Position numbers and translations under genes: made by a program
DNA from: Clostridia bacterium
GTDB lineage: Bacteria; Bacillota; Clostridia; Oscillospirales; CAG-272
Length of the DNA stretch: 64,000 bases
Direction: 5' to 3'
Assembly: GCA_017456985.1 (NCBI GenBank)
Contig: JAFTIH010000031.1
Span: 64,421-128,420, forward strand
Shown here: positions 25,234 through 33,201 of the stretch, piece after piece
How the letters are laid out: every line of letters begins with the position of its first letter
Position numbering within the stretch: the stretch's first letter is position 1
The notes under the pieces: model-generated
The model's database searches: none
What the model saw: the letters and a program-made list of their open reading frames with translations, nothing else
What the model was told of the DNA's origin: nothing

Positions 25234-27474
25234 ATGACGGCAGATAGCGTTTTTGCGCGATTTCCCGCGTTTCTTCGCGAATATATTTATGCGCATGGCT
25301 GGGAAGAGCTCAGACAGACCCAGTTAGATGCCGCACGGGTCATCTTTGAGAGCGAGGATAACCTTCTGCTTGCGTCAAGCACGGCATCGGGTAAGACCGA
25401 AGCGGCGTTCTTTCCCATCCTTGCGGAGCTTTGCAACACGCCCCAATCGGGCGAGGGCGTCAAGGTGCTGTATATCGCCCCCTTAAAGAGCCTGATCAAC
25501 GATCAGTTTGGCAGAATGGAGGACGTGCTTGCCGAGAGCGGCATCCCCGTTTTTCATTGGCACGGCGACGTTGGAAGCTCTCAGAAGACTAAATTTTTAA
25601 AATCTCCCGAGGGGATCTTACAGATCACGCCCGAATCGCTTGAGAGTATGCTCATCAATCGCGCCGCCGACCTCGTGCGTATTTTCTCCTCTCTTCGCTA
25701 CGTGGTGCTAGACGAGATCCATACGCTGATCGGAACGGATCGCGGCAGTCAGGTGCTCTGTCAGCTCACCCGACTTTCCCGCCTTGCGCTTTGCCATCCG
25801 CGGCGCATCGGGCTTTCCGCCACGATTGGCGACCCGACGCAGGCGGCGGCTTGGCTGGGTGAGGGAAGCGGTAGAAAAACGCAAGCTCCGACACCCCCGC
25901 CAGTGAAGCTTCGCTGGCGTCTCGGAATGGAGCATTTCTTCATCCAGAATACGAGCTATCAGCAAGGCACGCACGCCCCCGTTGACAGAAGTGATGCGGC
26001 GCGCGCGGTTGCCGATGCGGGCTACGAATATCTGTACGATGCCCTGCGGGGCAGAAAAGCTCTCGTCTTCTCCAATTCCCGCGAGGAAACGGAGGTCGTT
26101 ACCGCGACGCTTCGGCAAATCGCCAAGGCGCGCGGGGATGCGGACCGTTTTTTGATCCACCACGGCAATCTTTCCGCTGCGCTTCGTGAGGAGGCAGAGC
26201 TCAAAATGAAGGACGAAGCCTTCGACGCCGTCACCTGCGCTACTGTGACGATGGAGCTGGGAATTGACATCGGAAAGCTCTCGCGCGTTGTGCAGATGGA
26301 GGCGCCGAATAGCGTGTCTTCCTTTTTGCAACGGCTTGGACGCTCGGGGCGTCGCGGCGATCCTCCCGAGATGCTGATGATCTTCCGCGAGGAAGAGCCG
26401 CTTCCCAATGCGCCGCTCCCCGAGATCATTCCGTGGGAGCTGCTTCGCGCAATCGCGGTCGTTCAGCTGTATATTGAGCGGCGCTTTATCGAGCCGCCGC
26501 GCGTCAGAAAAATGCCGCTGTCCCTTGCGTTTCATCAAACGCTCAGCACCCTTGCCGCCAGCGGTGAGCTATCGCCCCGTGCACTTGCCGAGCGCGTTCT
26601 CGGCTTGCCGCCGCTCTCTCGTCTTGATAAGGAAAGTTACCGTGCGCTTTTGCTCTCTATGGTACAAAACGACTATTTAGAGATGACCGAGAACGGCGGG
26701 CTCATCGTCGGTCTTGCGGGGGAAAAGCTGGTCGGCAGCTTTAAGTTTTACGCGGTCTTCAAGGACAGCGAGGACTATACGGTAAGAAACGAATCCGAGG
26801 AGATCGGTACCATCACCAACCCCGTACCGCGCGGCGAGCGCTTTGCACTGGCGGGGCGCGTTTGGGAGGTCGAGGACGTTGACGTCCCCCGCCATCTCAT
26901 CTACGTGCATCCCGTGGAAGGAAAGATGGAGATCTCTTGGCCGGGGGACAGCGGGGAGATCCACACCGAGATCCTGCGCCGTATGCGCGCGCTTCTCTTT
27001 GAGGATACAGAGTTTGCCTACTTAATGCCGAATGCCAAGGCACGGCTTGCCTCGGCACGCCGTACGGCGCGGGCAACGGGGATGGAGCGCTCCTCCTTCG
27101 TGGCGCTCGGCGAGAGTGCGGGGTGCCTGTTTCCGTGGTTGGGAACGCGTGCGTTCCGTACCTTAAAGCGGTTCCTTAGCGCAAACGCCGCCATGCTTGG
27201 GATCAGTAACATCGAGTCCTTCGGATGCTACTATATGACCTTCCGTATGACGCCCGGCGCGCGAAACGGGTTTCTTGCGCGGCTTTTGCACGCGATCGAG
27301 AAAAACGGCATCGACCCCGAGCGCTTGATCCCCCTGTCGGAAACACCTATCTCGGATAAATACGACGACTACGTTCCCGCCGAGCTTTTGCGCCGTGCGT
27401 ATGCCGAGGATCGGATGTCGCCCGACGAGGTGATGCGATACTTCGTGGAAGAAAATAAAGGAAAGGGAGAATAA
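25234..27474 (+). CDS. sngC: Lhr-like DEAD/DEAH-box SF2 helicase with a long C-terminal extension (Shango SngC-like)
   Basis: Motif I is SSTASGKTEAAF, Ia is YIAPLKSLINDQ, II is VVLDEIH, III is SAT and VI is LQRLGRSGRRG. About 300 aa follow the helicase core. Confidence 0.75.
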   Translation: MTADSVFARFPAFLREYIYAHGWEELRQTQLDAARVIFESEDNLLLASSTASGKTEAAFFPILAELCNTPQSGEGVKVLYIAPLKSLINDQFGRMEDVLAESGIPVFHWHGDVGSSQKTKFLKSPEGILQITPESLESMLINRAADLVRIFSSLRYVVLDEIHTLIGTDRGSQVLCQLTRLSRLALCHPRRIGLSATIGDPTQAAAWLGEGSGRKTQAPTPPPVKLRWRLGMEHFFIQNTSYQQGTHAPVDRSDAARAVADAGYEYLYDALRGRKALVFSNSREETEVVTATLRQIAKARGDADRFLIHHGNLSAALREEAELKMKDEAFDAVTCATVTMELGIDIGKLSRVVQMEAPNSVSSFLQRLGRSGRRGDPPEMLMIFREEEPLPNAPLPEIIPWELLRAIAVVQLYIERRFIEPPRVRKMPLSLAFHQTLSTLAASGELSPRALAERVLGLPPLSRLDKESYRALLLSMVQNDYLEMTENGGLIVGLAGEKLVGSFKFYAVFKDSEDYTVRNESEEIGTITNPVPRGERFALAGRVWEVEDVDVPRHLIYVHPVEGKMEISWPGDSGEIHTEILRRMRALLFEDTEFAYLMPNAKARLASARRTARATGMERSSFVALGESAGCLFPWLGTRAFRTLKRFLSANAAMLGISNIESFGCYYMTFRMTPGARNGFLARLLHAIEKNGIDPERLIPLSETPISDKYDDYVPAELLRRAYAEDRMSPDEVMRYFVEENKGKGE

Positions 27475-27477
27475 ACG

Positions 27478-28224
27478 ATGCCAATGTACGATGCGCTTGC
27501 ACCCGTGTATGCCGCCCTCAACGGCGAGGTTTACTACGGTCGCATGGCGGACTTCATCCAAAACGCCTTCAATACCCACTTTTCGGGCGAGGTGAGGGAC
27601 GTTTTGGACCTTGGGTGCGGTAGCGGAAATATGACCTTTCCGCTTTTGGAACGCGGCTACAGTATGATCGGGGTGGACGCCTCGGTTTCTATGCTCAGCG
27701 AGGCGCAAAGGCACCCTCGTGCGGGTGAGGTCCTTTGGCTGGAACAGGATATGAGGAGTTTTGAGCTTTACGGCACGGTGGAGGGCGCCGTTTGCACGCT
27801 TGACGGGATCAATCACTTGCTCTCGCGCCGTGACGTTCTCGAATGCTTTCGCCTCGTGCATAATTATCTCGTTCCGAACGGTATTTTCGTCTTTGACGTC
27901 AATTCACCAAGAAAATTTGCAAGGACGTATGGCGACCGCACCTATATTCTTGAGAGTGAAGATGCGTTTTGCGCCTGGCAGAACGATTACGATCCCGTGA
28001 GAGGAAAATGCTATTTTGATATCGACCTGTTTATCAAGGAGAAGGACGGACGGTATTCCCGTCAAAGCCTGACGATCAAGGAACAGCGATATACCGAGCG
28101 ACAGCTCTTGACGCTTTTGAAGGAAGCGGGCTTTGCGGTACTCTCTGTCACCGATGACTACACGGACGACGCGCCGTGTGATGAAACGGAGCGCCTGACC
28201 TTCGTCGTAAAAGCAATCAAATAA
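27478..28224 (+). CDS. Class I SAM-dependent methyltransferase (small-molecule/RNA type, not an obvious DNA MTase)
   Basis: It has SAM motif I, VLDLGCGSGNMTF, and no (D/N/S)PP(Y/F/W) motif. It starts 3 nt after the helicase stop. Confidence 0.7.
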   Translation: MPMYDALAPVYAALNGEVYYGRMADFIQNAFNTHFSGEVRDVLDLGCGSGNMTFPLLERGYSMIGVDASVSMLSEAQRHPRAGEVLWLEQDMRSFELYGTVEGAVCTLDGINHLLSRRDVLECFRLVHNYLVPNGIFVFDVNSPRKFARTYGDRTYILESEDAFCAWQNDYDPVRGKCYFDIDLFIKEKDGRYSRQSLTIKEQRYTERQLLTLLKEAGFAVLSVTDDYTDDAPCDETERLTFVVKAIK

Positions 28225-28244
28225 CGCATAAAAAGGAAAAAACT

Positions 28245-29141
28245 ATGGAACACGCAACGATATTTCGCGCAATGACGCAGGATGGCTCGGCACGCATTAC
28301 CGTGATCAATTCCCGTGCCATCGTGCAAAGGGCGATTGGTCTGCACGCCCCCTCCCATACGGCAACGGCGGCGCTCGGGCGCTTGCTTACCGCCACCTCA
28401 CTTATCGGGTGCCTGATGGGAGAGAAGGAAAGCACCGTGACCGTTGGTATTCACGCCGACGGTGCCATCGGAAAAATGCTTGCCGTTTCGGATTATTACG
28501 GCAACGTGCGCGGCTATGCGGAAAACCCGAAGGCTGACGTGGCACGTAAGCCAAACGGAAAGCTTGACGTTGGCGGGCTGGTCGGAAACGGTACGCTTTA
28601 CGTCGTACGGGACGACGGTGTTTCTCCCACGCCCCATATCGGCACGGTTGCTCTGCAAACGGGAGAGATCGCAGAGGATATTGCCGCCTATTACGCAGAG
28701 AGCGAGCAGATCCCCACGCTGTGTGCGCTGGGCGTTTTGGTCGCCCCCGACGGCTCTTGTCTTGCCGCAGGCGGTGTGATGGTCCAGCTGCTGCCCTTTG
28801 CTGACGGCGGTGTCGTGTCGCTCTTGGAGCGCAACGCAAGTGCACTTACCTCGGTGTCTGAGCTTTTCCGCTCGGGGCTCAGCAATTATGAGATCGCCTC
28901 GCTTGCCTTGCGCGACATCCCCTTTGATCCTTTTGATGAGATCACAGTGGATTATCTTTGCAATTGCAGCAGAGAACGCATGCATGGAGCTCTTGCCAAG
29001 GTAGGGGAAAAGGAGTTAAGACGGATGTTTGACGAGGAAGAGGCGGAGGGACACGGCCGTGTTCTTGAGCTCTCCTGTCAGTTCTGCAACAACAAATACA
29101 GCTTTGATGAAAATGAGCTTTTTGGCTCGGAAGGGAAGTAA
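28245..29141 (+). CDS. hslO: Redox-regulated chaperone Hsp33
   Basis: It has the C-terminal zinc centre CNCS..CQFCNNKYSF, and its N-terminal body resembles Hsp33. Confidence 0.85.
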   Translation: MEHATIFRAMTQDGSARITVINSRAIVQRAIGLHAPSHTATAALGRLLTATSLIGCLMGEKESTVTVGIHADGAIGKMLAVSDYYGNVRGYAENPKADVARKPNGKLDVGGLVGNGTLYVVRDDGVSPTPHIGTVALQTGEIAEDIAAYYAESEQIPTLCALGVLVAPDGSCLAAGGVMVQLLPFADGGVVSLLERNASALTSVSELFRSGLSNYEIASLALRDIPFDPFDEITVDYLCNCSRERMHGALAKVGEKELRRMFDEEEAEGHGRVLELSCQFCNNKYSFDENELFGSEGK

Positions 29142-29145
29142 CGGT

Positions 29146-30375
29146 ATGACGGTATTACACGGAAACGCAATGGTAGGACAGTCGGGAGGACCCACGGCGG
29201 CGATCAACGCAACGCTCTCGGGCGTCATTCGCGGCGTTTTGGAGGCACGCAAGGACATTCCCACGCTTTACGGATTGAGAAACGGCGTAGAGGGACTCTT
29301 GAAAGAAACGCTCGTCGATCTGACGGCTTTGTGTGCTGAGGAGGAAACGCTCCTCACCCTGGAGGATACACCCGCCGCCGCTCTTGGTTCTTGCCGCTAT
29401 AAGCTCCCCAATCCGAGCAAGGATCCCGAAACCTTTGAGCGCATTCTTGCCATCTTCAAAAAATACGACGTGCGTTACTTCTTTTATATCGGCGGCAACG
29501 ACTCTATGGATGCCGTTGCCAAGCTCACGGCGTATTTGGAAACGGTGGATTACGAGATGCGCGTGATCGGTGTTCCCAAGACCATCGATAACGACCTTAT
29601 CGGAACGGATCACACCCCCGGATTTGGTTCTGCCGCAAAATATATTGCGACTACGATCAAAGAAATCATTCGCGATTGCGCGGTATATACCATTCCCGCG
29701 GTGACGATCGTTGAAATTATGGGTCGCGATGCGGGCTGGTTGACCGCCGCGTCCTCGCTCGCTTCGCTGACGGGAGAGGGCCCCGATCTCATTTATCTTC
29801 CCGAACGCGATTTCTCAGAGGAGTCGTTCCTTGCTTCCGTAAAAGAGCGCCTTTCCGTGCATCCCAACGTCGTCGTTGCCGTATCCGAGGGCATTCGCTT
29901 TGCCGACGGCACGTACGTGGGCGCCGCCGCCCAGAGCGGTGCCAAGGACACCTTTGGACACGCTTATCTTGCCGGTACGGGAAAATACCTTGAGGGCGTC
30001 GTAAAGCGCACCCTTGGCTGCAAGGTGCGCGCGGTAGAGCTGAATCTCCCGCAACGCTGTGCCGCCCATCTTTCCTCGGCGACGGATATTGAGGAATCCG
30101 TGCGCACGGGTCGCACGGCAGTTTCTTTTGCCCGCGCGGGTGTTTCGGGACATATGATGGTGGCGCTCCGCAAGGATGCCCCCTACACGATCGAGATCTC
30201 CTCTTCTCCCGTGTCCGAAATTGCCAATATGGTGAAAAAGGTTCCCGACGCGTACATAAACGAGGCGGGGAACGGCGTGACGGATGCCGCTCTTGCTTAT
30301 CTTGCACCCCTCATTCTCGGCGAGCGTGCTCCCGTGTATGAGTGCGGTATGCCGCGGCATTTCGTAATTCAATAA
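29146..30375 (+). CDS. pfk: Phosphofructokinase family enzyme, probably PPi-dependent type; start at ATG 29146
   Basis: Carries GQSGGPTAAINATL, GGNDS (Asp at the position that is Gly in ATP-PFKs), PKTIDNDL and MGRDAGW. The longer track ORF would overlap hslO. Confidence 0.8.
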   Translation: MTVLHGNAMVGQSGGPTAAINATLSGVIRGVLEARKDIPTLYGLRNGVEGLLKETLVDLTALCAEEETLLTLEDTPAAALGSCRYKLPNPSKDPETFERILAIFKKYDVRYFFYIGGNDSMDAVAKLTAYLETVDYEMRVIGVPKTIDNDLIGTDHTPGFGSAAKYIATTIKEIIRDCAVYTIPAVTIVEIMGRDAGWLTAASSLASLTGEGPDLIYLPERDFSEESFLASVKERLSVHPNVVVAVSEGIRFADGTYVGAAAQSGAKDTFGHAYLAGTGKYLEGVVKRTLGCKVRAVELNLPQRCAAHLSSATDIEESVRTGRTAVSFARAGVSGHMMVALRKDAPYTIEISSSPVSEIANMVKKVPDAYINEAGNGVTDAALAYLAPLILGERAPVYECGMPRHFVIQ

Positions 30376-30376
30376 T

Positions 30377-30404
30377 AAAAAAACGGGCTTTTGCCCGTTT
30401 TTTT
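30377..30404. terminator. Bidirectional rho-independent terminator (first obvious terminator after the 22226 promoter)
   Basis: Reads aaaaaaacgggc tttt gcccgttttttt, with an A-run and a T-run on either side. It sits between convergent genes. Confidence 0.8.
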
Positions 30405-30415
30405 ATTGCGTGATG

Positions 30416-30676
30416 TTAAAGAATATCGTCCTCGCTTAACGAAACGGGGGACGGCTTGGGTTTTGGACGGTATTTGACGGGATCAAAGCGGAAGCGACGA
30501 CACCCATCAAAAGGGGAAACGTTCTTTTTATAAGGGCAAGTAACGGTGGTGTCCTCCGAGTCCTCGGCGGTGTCCAAAAGACGCACGAGGGGCGGTGCTT
30601 CGTTCGCACCGTTGCAAGTAAACCGTGCGTGCTGACAATAGGCGCAAGCACGCGTGATGGGGTCTTGTTCTTTCAT
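30416..30676 (-). CDS. Small Cys-rich hypothetical protein (86 aa)
   Basis: ACAYCQHARFTC..x25..TCPYKK..GCRRFRF suggests a zinc-ribbon-like fold. It is the only sizeable ORF between a terminator and the ylbJ-like gene. The family is not recognised. Confidence 0.4.
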   Translation of the reverse strand: MKEQDPITRACAYCQHARFTCNGANEAPPLVRLLDTAEDSEDTTVTCPYKKNVSPFDGCRRFRFDPVKYRPKPKPSPVSLSEDDIL

Positions 30677-30726
30677 CCTTTACCCTCCTTTTTTCGCTAT
30701 GATTGTATCACACTTTTCTTTTTGTG

Positions 30727-31656
30727 TCAATAACATTTCAAAAAAAGCAAGGAAAGGAAAAAAGCGACCGTCCCGCAAGCAAGCTTGACGGGAAGATAAA
30801 GAGCCGTTGATACGTCACACTCCCGAAGACAGTCCTTTGCCTGGAAATAAACGGAAAGCCCCGAAAAGCAGGTGCTAAACGCACAAAGGGGGAGAGCAAA
30901 GGAGAGGGGAAAAGCCTTGCCGATAAATGCCGTCGCGTTGCCGATCTCTAAAAAAGAAAGGAAAAGCGCGTGCAAAAAGTCGTTAGAAAGATAGGGAGCA
31001 AAAAGAGCGCTGACGACGGAAAAGAAGAGCACGTATGCACAAAGATACAGCGCTTGCATCGCGGCGCCCTGAACGGAGGCGGTAAAGGAAAAAACGGGGA
31101 ACGCTTGCTCGGCTTTTGGAAGAAAAGACGGCTTTTTCCTTTTGCTTTTTAAGAGGATAGCTGATAAAATCGATAGGATAAATTGGAGCAGATAAAGAAA
31201 AACACCGTAGACGCTTGATCCTAAAAGCTGTGCGCCCACAAAGCCGATCAAAAAGAAGGGGCTTGCGTTGTTTGCGGTGCAAAAAATACGGCAAAGCTCC
31301 TCTTTTTGCATAGCCCCCAGACGATGGCACCGCGCGGCACTGCGAACACCGATGGGAAAGCCGAACAGGTTTCCCAGCAAAAAACAAGCGCCGCCTTCGT
31401 CCGAAAAGCCGAGAAGGCGGGCAAAGGGATGGGAAAGGCGAAGAAGAACGCGCCGTGTGCCGCGAAAGGACAAAAGCAAATCGGAAAGAACGAGAAAAGG
31501 AAAAAGCGTGGGGATCAGAACCTCGGCGCACAGAGAGAGCGCGGCGCGCATTCCCTCCGTAACACACGCTATCTTGACAAAGGCAAGGACGAAAAAGGCA
31601 AACAAAAAGAGGGTGAAAAAAAGCTCATACGAGTGTCGCCGTCGGTTCGTCTGCAT
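30727..31656 (-). CDS. Polytopic membrane protein, YlbJ-like / nucleoside-recognition (Gate) domain family
   Basis: The N-terminal GMRAALSLCAEVLIPTLFPFLVLSDLL resembles sporulation membrane protein YlbJ. It has about 8 TM segments and is divergent from yqfC. Confidence 0.45.
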   Translation of the reverse strand: MQTNRRRHSYELFFTLFLFAFFVLAFVKIACVTEGMRAALSLCAEVLIPTLFPFLVLSDLLLSFRGTRRVLLRLSHPFARLLGFSDEGGACFLLGNLFGFPIGVRSAARCHRLGAMQKEELCRIFCTANNASPFFLIGFVGAQLLGSSVYGVFLYLLQFILSILSAILLKSKRKKPSFLPKAEQAFPVFSFTASVQGAAMQALYLCAYVLFFSVVSALFAPYLSNDFLHALFLSFLEIGNATAFIGKAFPLSFALPLCAFSTCFSGLSVYFQAKDCLRECDVSTALYLPVKLACGTVAFFLSLLFLKCY

Positions 31657-31728
31657 AAAAAAATCTCCGTTTCATATTCTTCTATCGGAAAAGCTTCCAA
31701 AAAAGAATATGTGCGGGAGGGGACAGTT

Positions 31729-32022
31729 ATGAAAAAGCGGGAAGGGCAAGGGAAAAGACGTCTCGTGTGGGGGGACGTATTTCCCAAAAGCAGGCTTCTT
31801 TTGGCAGATAACGGCGACGGGAAGCGCGTGCGCGTCGAGGGGGCGAAAAAGCTTCTTTTGTGCCTTGAAAAGGAGATCAAGATCCTGCTTTGCGACGAGA
31901 TCCTCCATTTTGTTGGGGAAGGTCTCTCCTGTACGGCGTATGCGAGCGGCGCGCTTGAGGTGGCGGGCACGCTTTTTGAAATTCGTTTTGAGTGCAACGC
32001 AAAAGGAGGGCGTGGACGTTGA
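31729..32022 (+). CDS. yqfC: Sporulation protein YqfC (97 aa); start at ATG 31729 behind GGGAGGGG
   Basis: VRVEGAKKLLLCLEKEIKILLCDEILHFVGEGLSCTAYASGALEVAGTLFEIRFE follows the YqfC pattern. It lies immediately upstream of yqfD. Confidence 0.65.
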   Translation: MKKREGQGKRRLVWGDVFPKSRLLLADNGDGKRVRVEGAKKLLLCLEKEIKILLCDEILHFVGEGLSCTAYASGALEVAGTLFEIRFECNAKGGRGR

Positions 32023-33194
32023 GGATCCCTCTTTTTTACCGTTTGCTCGGTTATCACGTGATAAAAGTGGAAGAAAAAAGCAAAACGCGGCTTGAAAACC
32101 TCTTGTTCGTTGCCCGTATTCCGTTTTTTTACCGTGATGACGGCGCCGTCTTGATCCCGCATAAGGAAAAAGAACGATTAAAGCAAGCCTTAAAGCGGGA
32201 GCGCCTTTCCGTAAGTCTGGGAGAAGTAAGCGGCTTTCCTTGCTTTTTGCGTCAAAACCTTTACAGGATCGGGATTCCGATCGGCGCGCTTTTTGCCGCG
32301 CTTTTGATCTATTTCGGCTCGCATACCGTTTGGCAGGTGTGCGTTTCGGGTACGGAAACGGTATCCCCGAATGCTGTTGTTGAGGGGCTTGCATCCCTTG
32401 GCTTCGGGGTTGGAAGCGCGACGGGAAAAACGGATTTTGAAGCGCTCTCACTTGCCTACCGCTTGCAGGACCCGAGCGTCGCTTGGATGGGCATTTATAC
32501 CCACGGAACGACGGCGTACGTCAAGGTGATCGAAAACAAGCGTCCCCGCGAGGATGTGGGGGACAGCACGCCCTCCCATCTTGTGGCAACGACGGATGCC
32601 GTGATCGTACAGACGAACGTTTTGCACGGTCAGCTTTGCGTCAAAGCGGGAGACGTCGTCCGCGCAGGCGATATGCTTGTCCTCGGTTTTGTAAAAGGCG
32701 CGCACGGCGACGTTTTTTTACAGGCAGAAGGAAGCATCAAGGGAAGAATCAGTGAGTCTTTTTCTATCCCGATCTCCGTCACGGAAATACAAAAAACGGA
32801 GTCAAGGCGCGAAAAAATCGGAATCGAGCTCAATTTTTTCGGAAAAGTTATAAAAATTTTTGAAAAAACGCCCCAAAATGCTTCGGATTATGTTATAATA
32901 AATAGAAATAGAGAATTTCTTCTTCCCACTGGAAAGAAATTGCCCTTTTCCTTACGCTACACCGAGGCGCTTCTTTATACCGAGGATGCACTGACGCTCT
33001 CCGAGAGCGAAGCGCTTTTGGCGGCGCTCGATGCGGCGGATGCCCTGGTGCGGCAAAGGGTGGGCGCGGGTGAACTTCTCAAAAAGGATATCAAAATTCA
33101 AACGCTTGACGGAGAAAAGAGTCTTTTAGTCAGCGTGGAATATACAAAGGATATAGCCGAGCAAAAGCCTATTTCTTTGGGGCTCGGCGGATAG
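32019..33194 (+). CDS. yqfD: Sporulation protein YqfD; probable TTG start at 32019 (RBS AGGAGG at 32004-32009), with an alternative GTG at 31992
   Basis: LRIPLFYRLLGYHVIKVEEKSKTRLENLL.. is followed by a single TM helix and VSGTETVSPNAVVEGL.. typical of YqfD. Synteny with yqfC-phoH supports the call. Confidence 0.7.
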   Translation: MRIPLFYRLLGYHVIKVEEKSKTRLENLLFVARIPFFYRDDGAVLIPHKEKERLKQALKRERLSVSLGEVSGFPCFLRQNLYRIGIPIGALFAALLIYFGSHTVWQVCVSGTETVSPNAVVEGLASLGFGVGSATGKTDFEALSLAYRLQDPSVAWMGIYTHGTTAYVKVIENKRPREDVGDSTPSHLVATTDAVIVQTNVLHGQLCVKAGDVVRAGDMLVLGFVKGAHGDVFLQAEGSIKGRISESFSIPISVTEIQKTESRREKIGIELNFFGKVIKIFEKTPQNASDYVIINRNREFLLPTGKKLPFSLRYTEALLYTEDALTLSESEALLAALDAADALVRQRVGAGELLKKDIKIQTLDGEKSLLVSVEYTKDIAEQKPISLGLGG

Positions 33195-33201
33195 GAGTGC
33201 T

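Noticed and set aside
27478-28224. Methyltransferase as the modification component of an R-M, BREX or Hma-like defence module together with the ATPase and helicase.
   Set aside because: It has only a generic SAM-binding motif I. There is no DPPY/NPPY-type motif or target-recognition region. Its size and architecture fit small-molecule or RNA class I MTases. It is kept only as a linkage observation.
29029-29145. N-terminal extensions of track ORFs: pfk from 29029, hisG from 15737, smpB from 57925, the SBP from 41523, the 1150-aa protein from 48894, and the 11150 gene from 11995.
   Set aside because: Each extension overlaps the preceding gene or a promoter. Each is followed by an internal ATG or GTG with a proper Shine-Dalgarno and a canonical family N-terminus, so the shorter starts were used.
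31306-31728. N-terminal 141 codons of the 238-aa track ORF that ends as YqfC.
   Set aside because: This part lies antisense to the ylbJ-like gene and is Lys/Gly-rich low complexity. A good RBS plus ATG at 31729 gives a 97-aa protein of normal YqfC size.
31657-31728. SigE-type promoter for yqfC (TCATATT at 31671-31677).
   Set aside because: The -35-like heptamer is present, but no CATACA-T -10 element lies at the required 13-15 nt spacing. The case is too weak to report as a feature.
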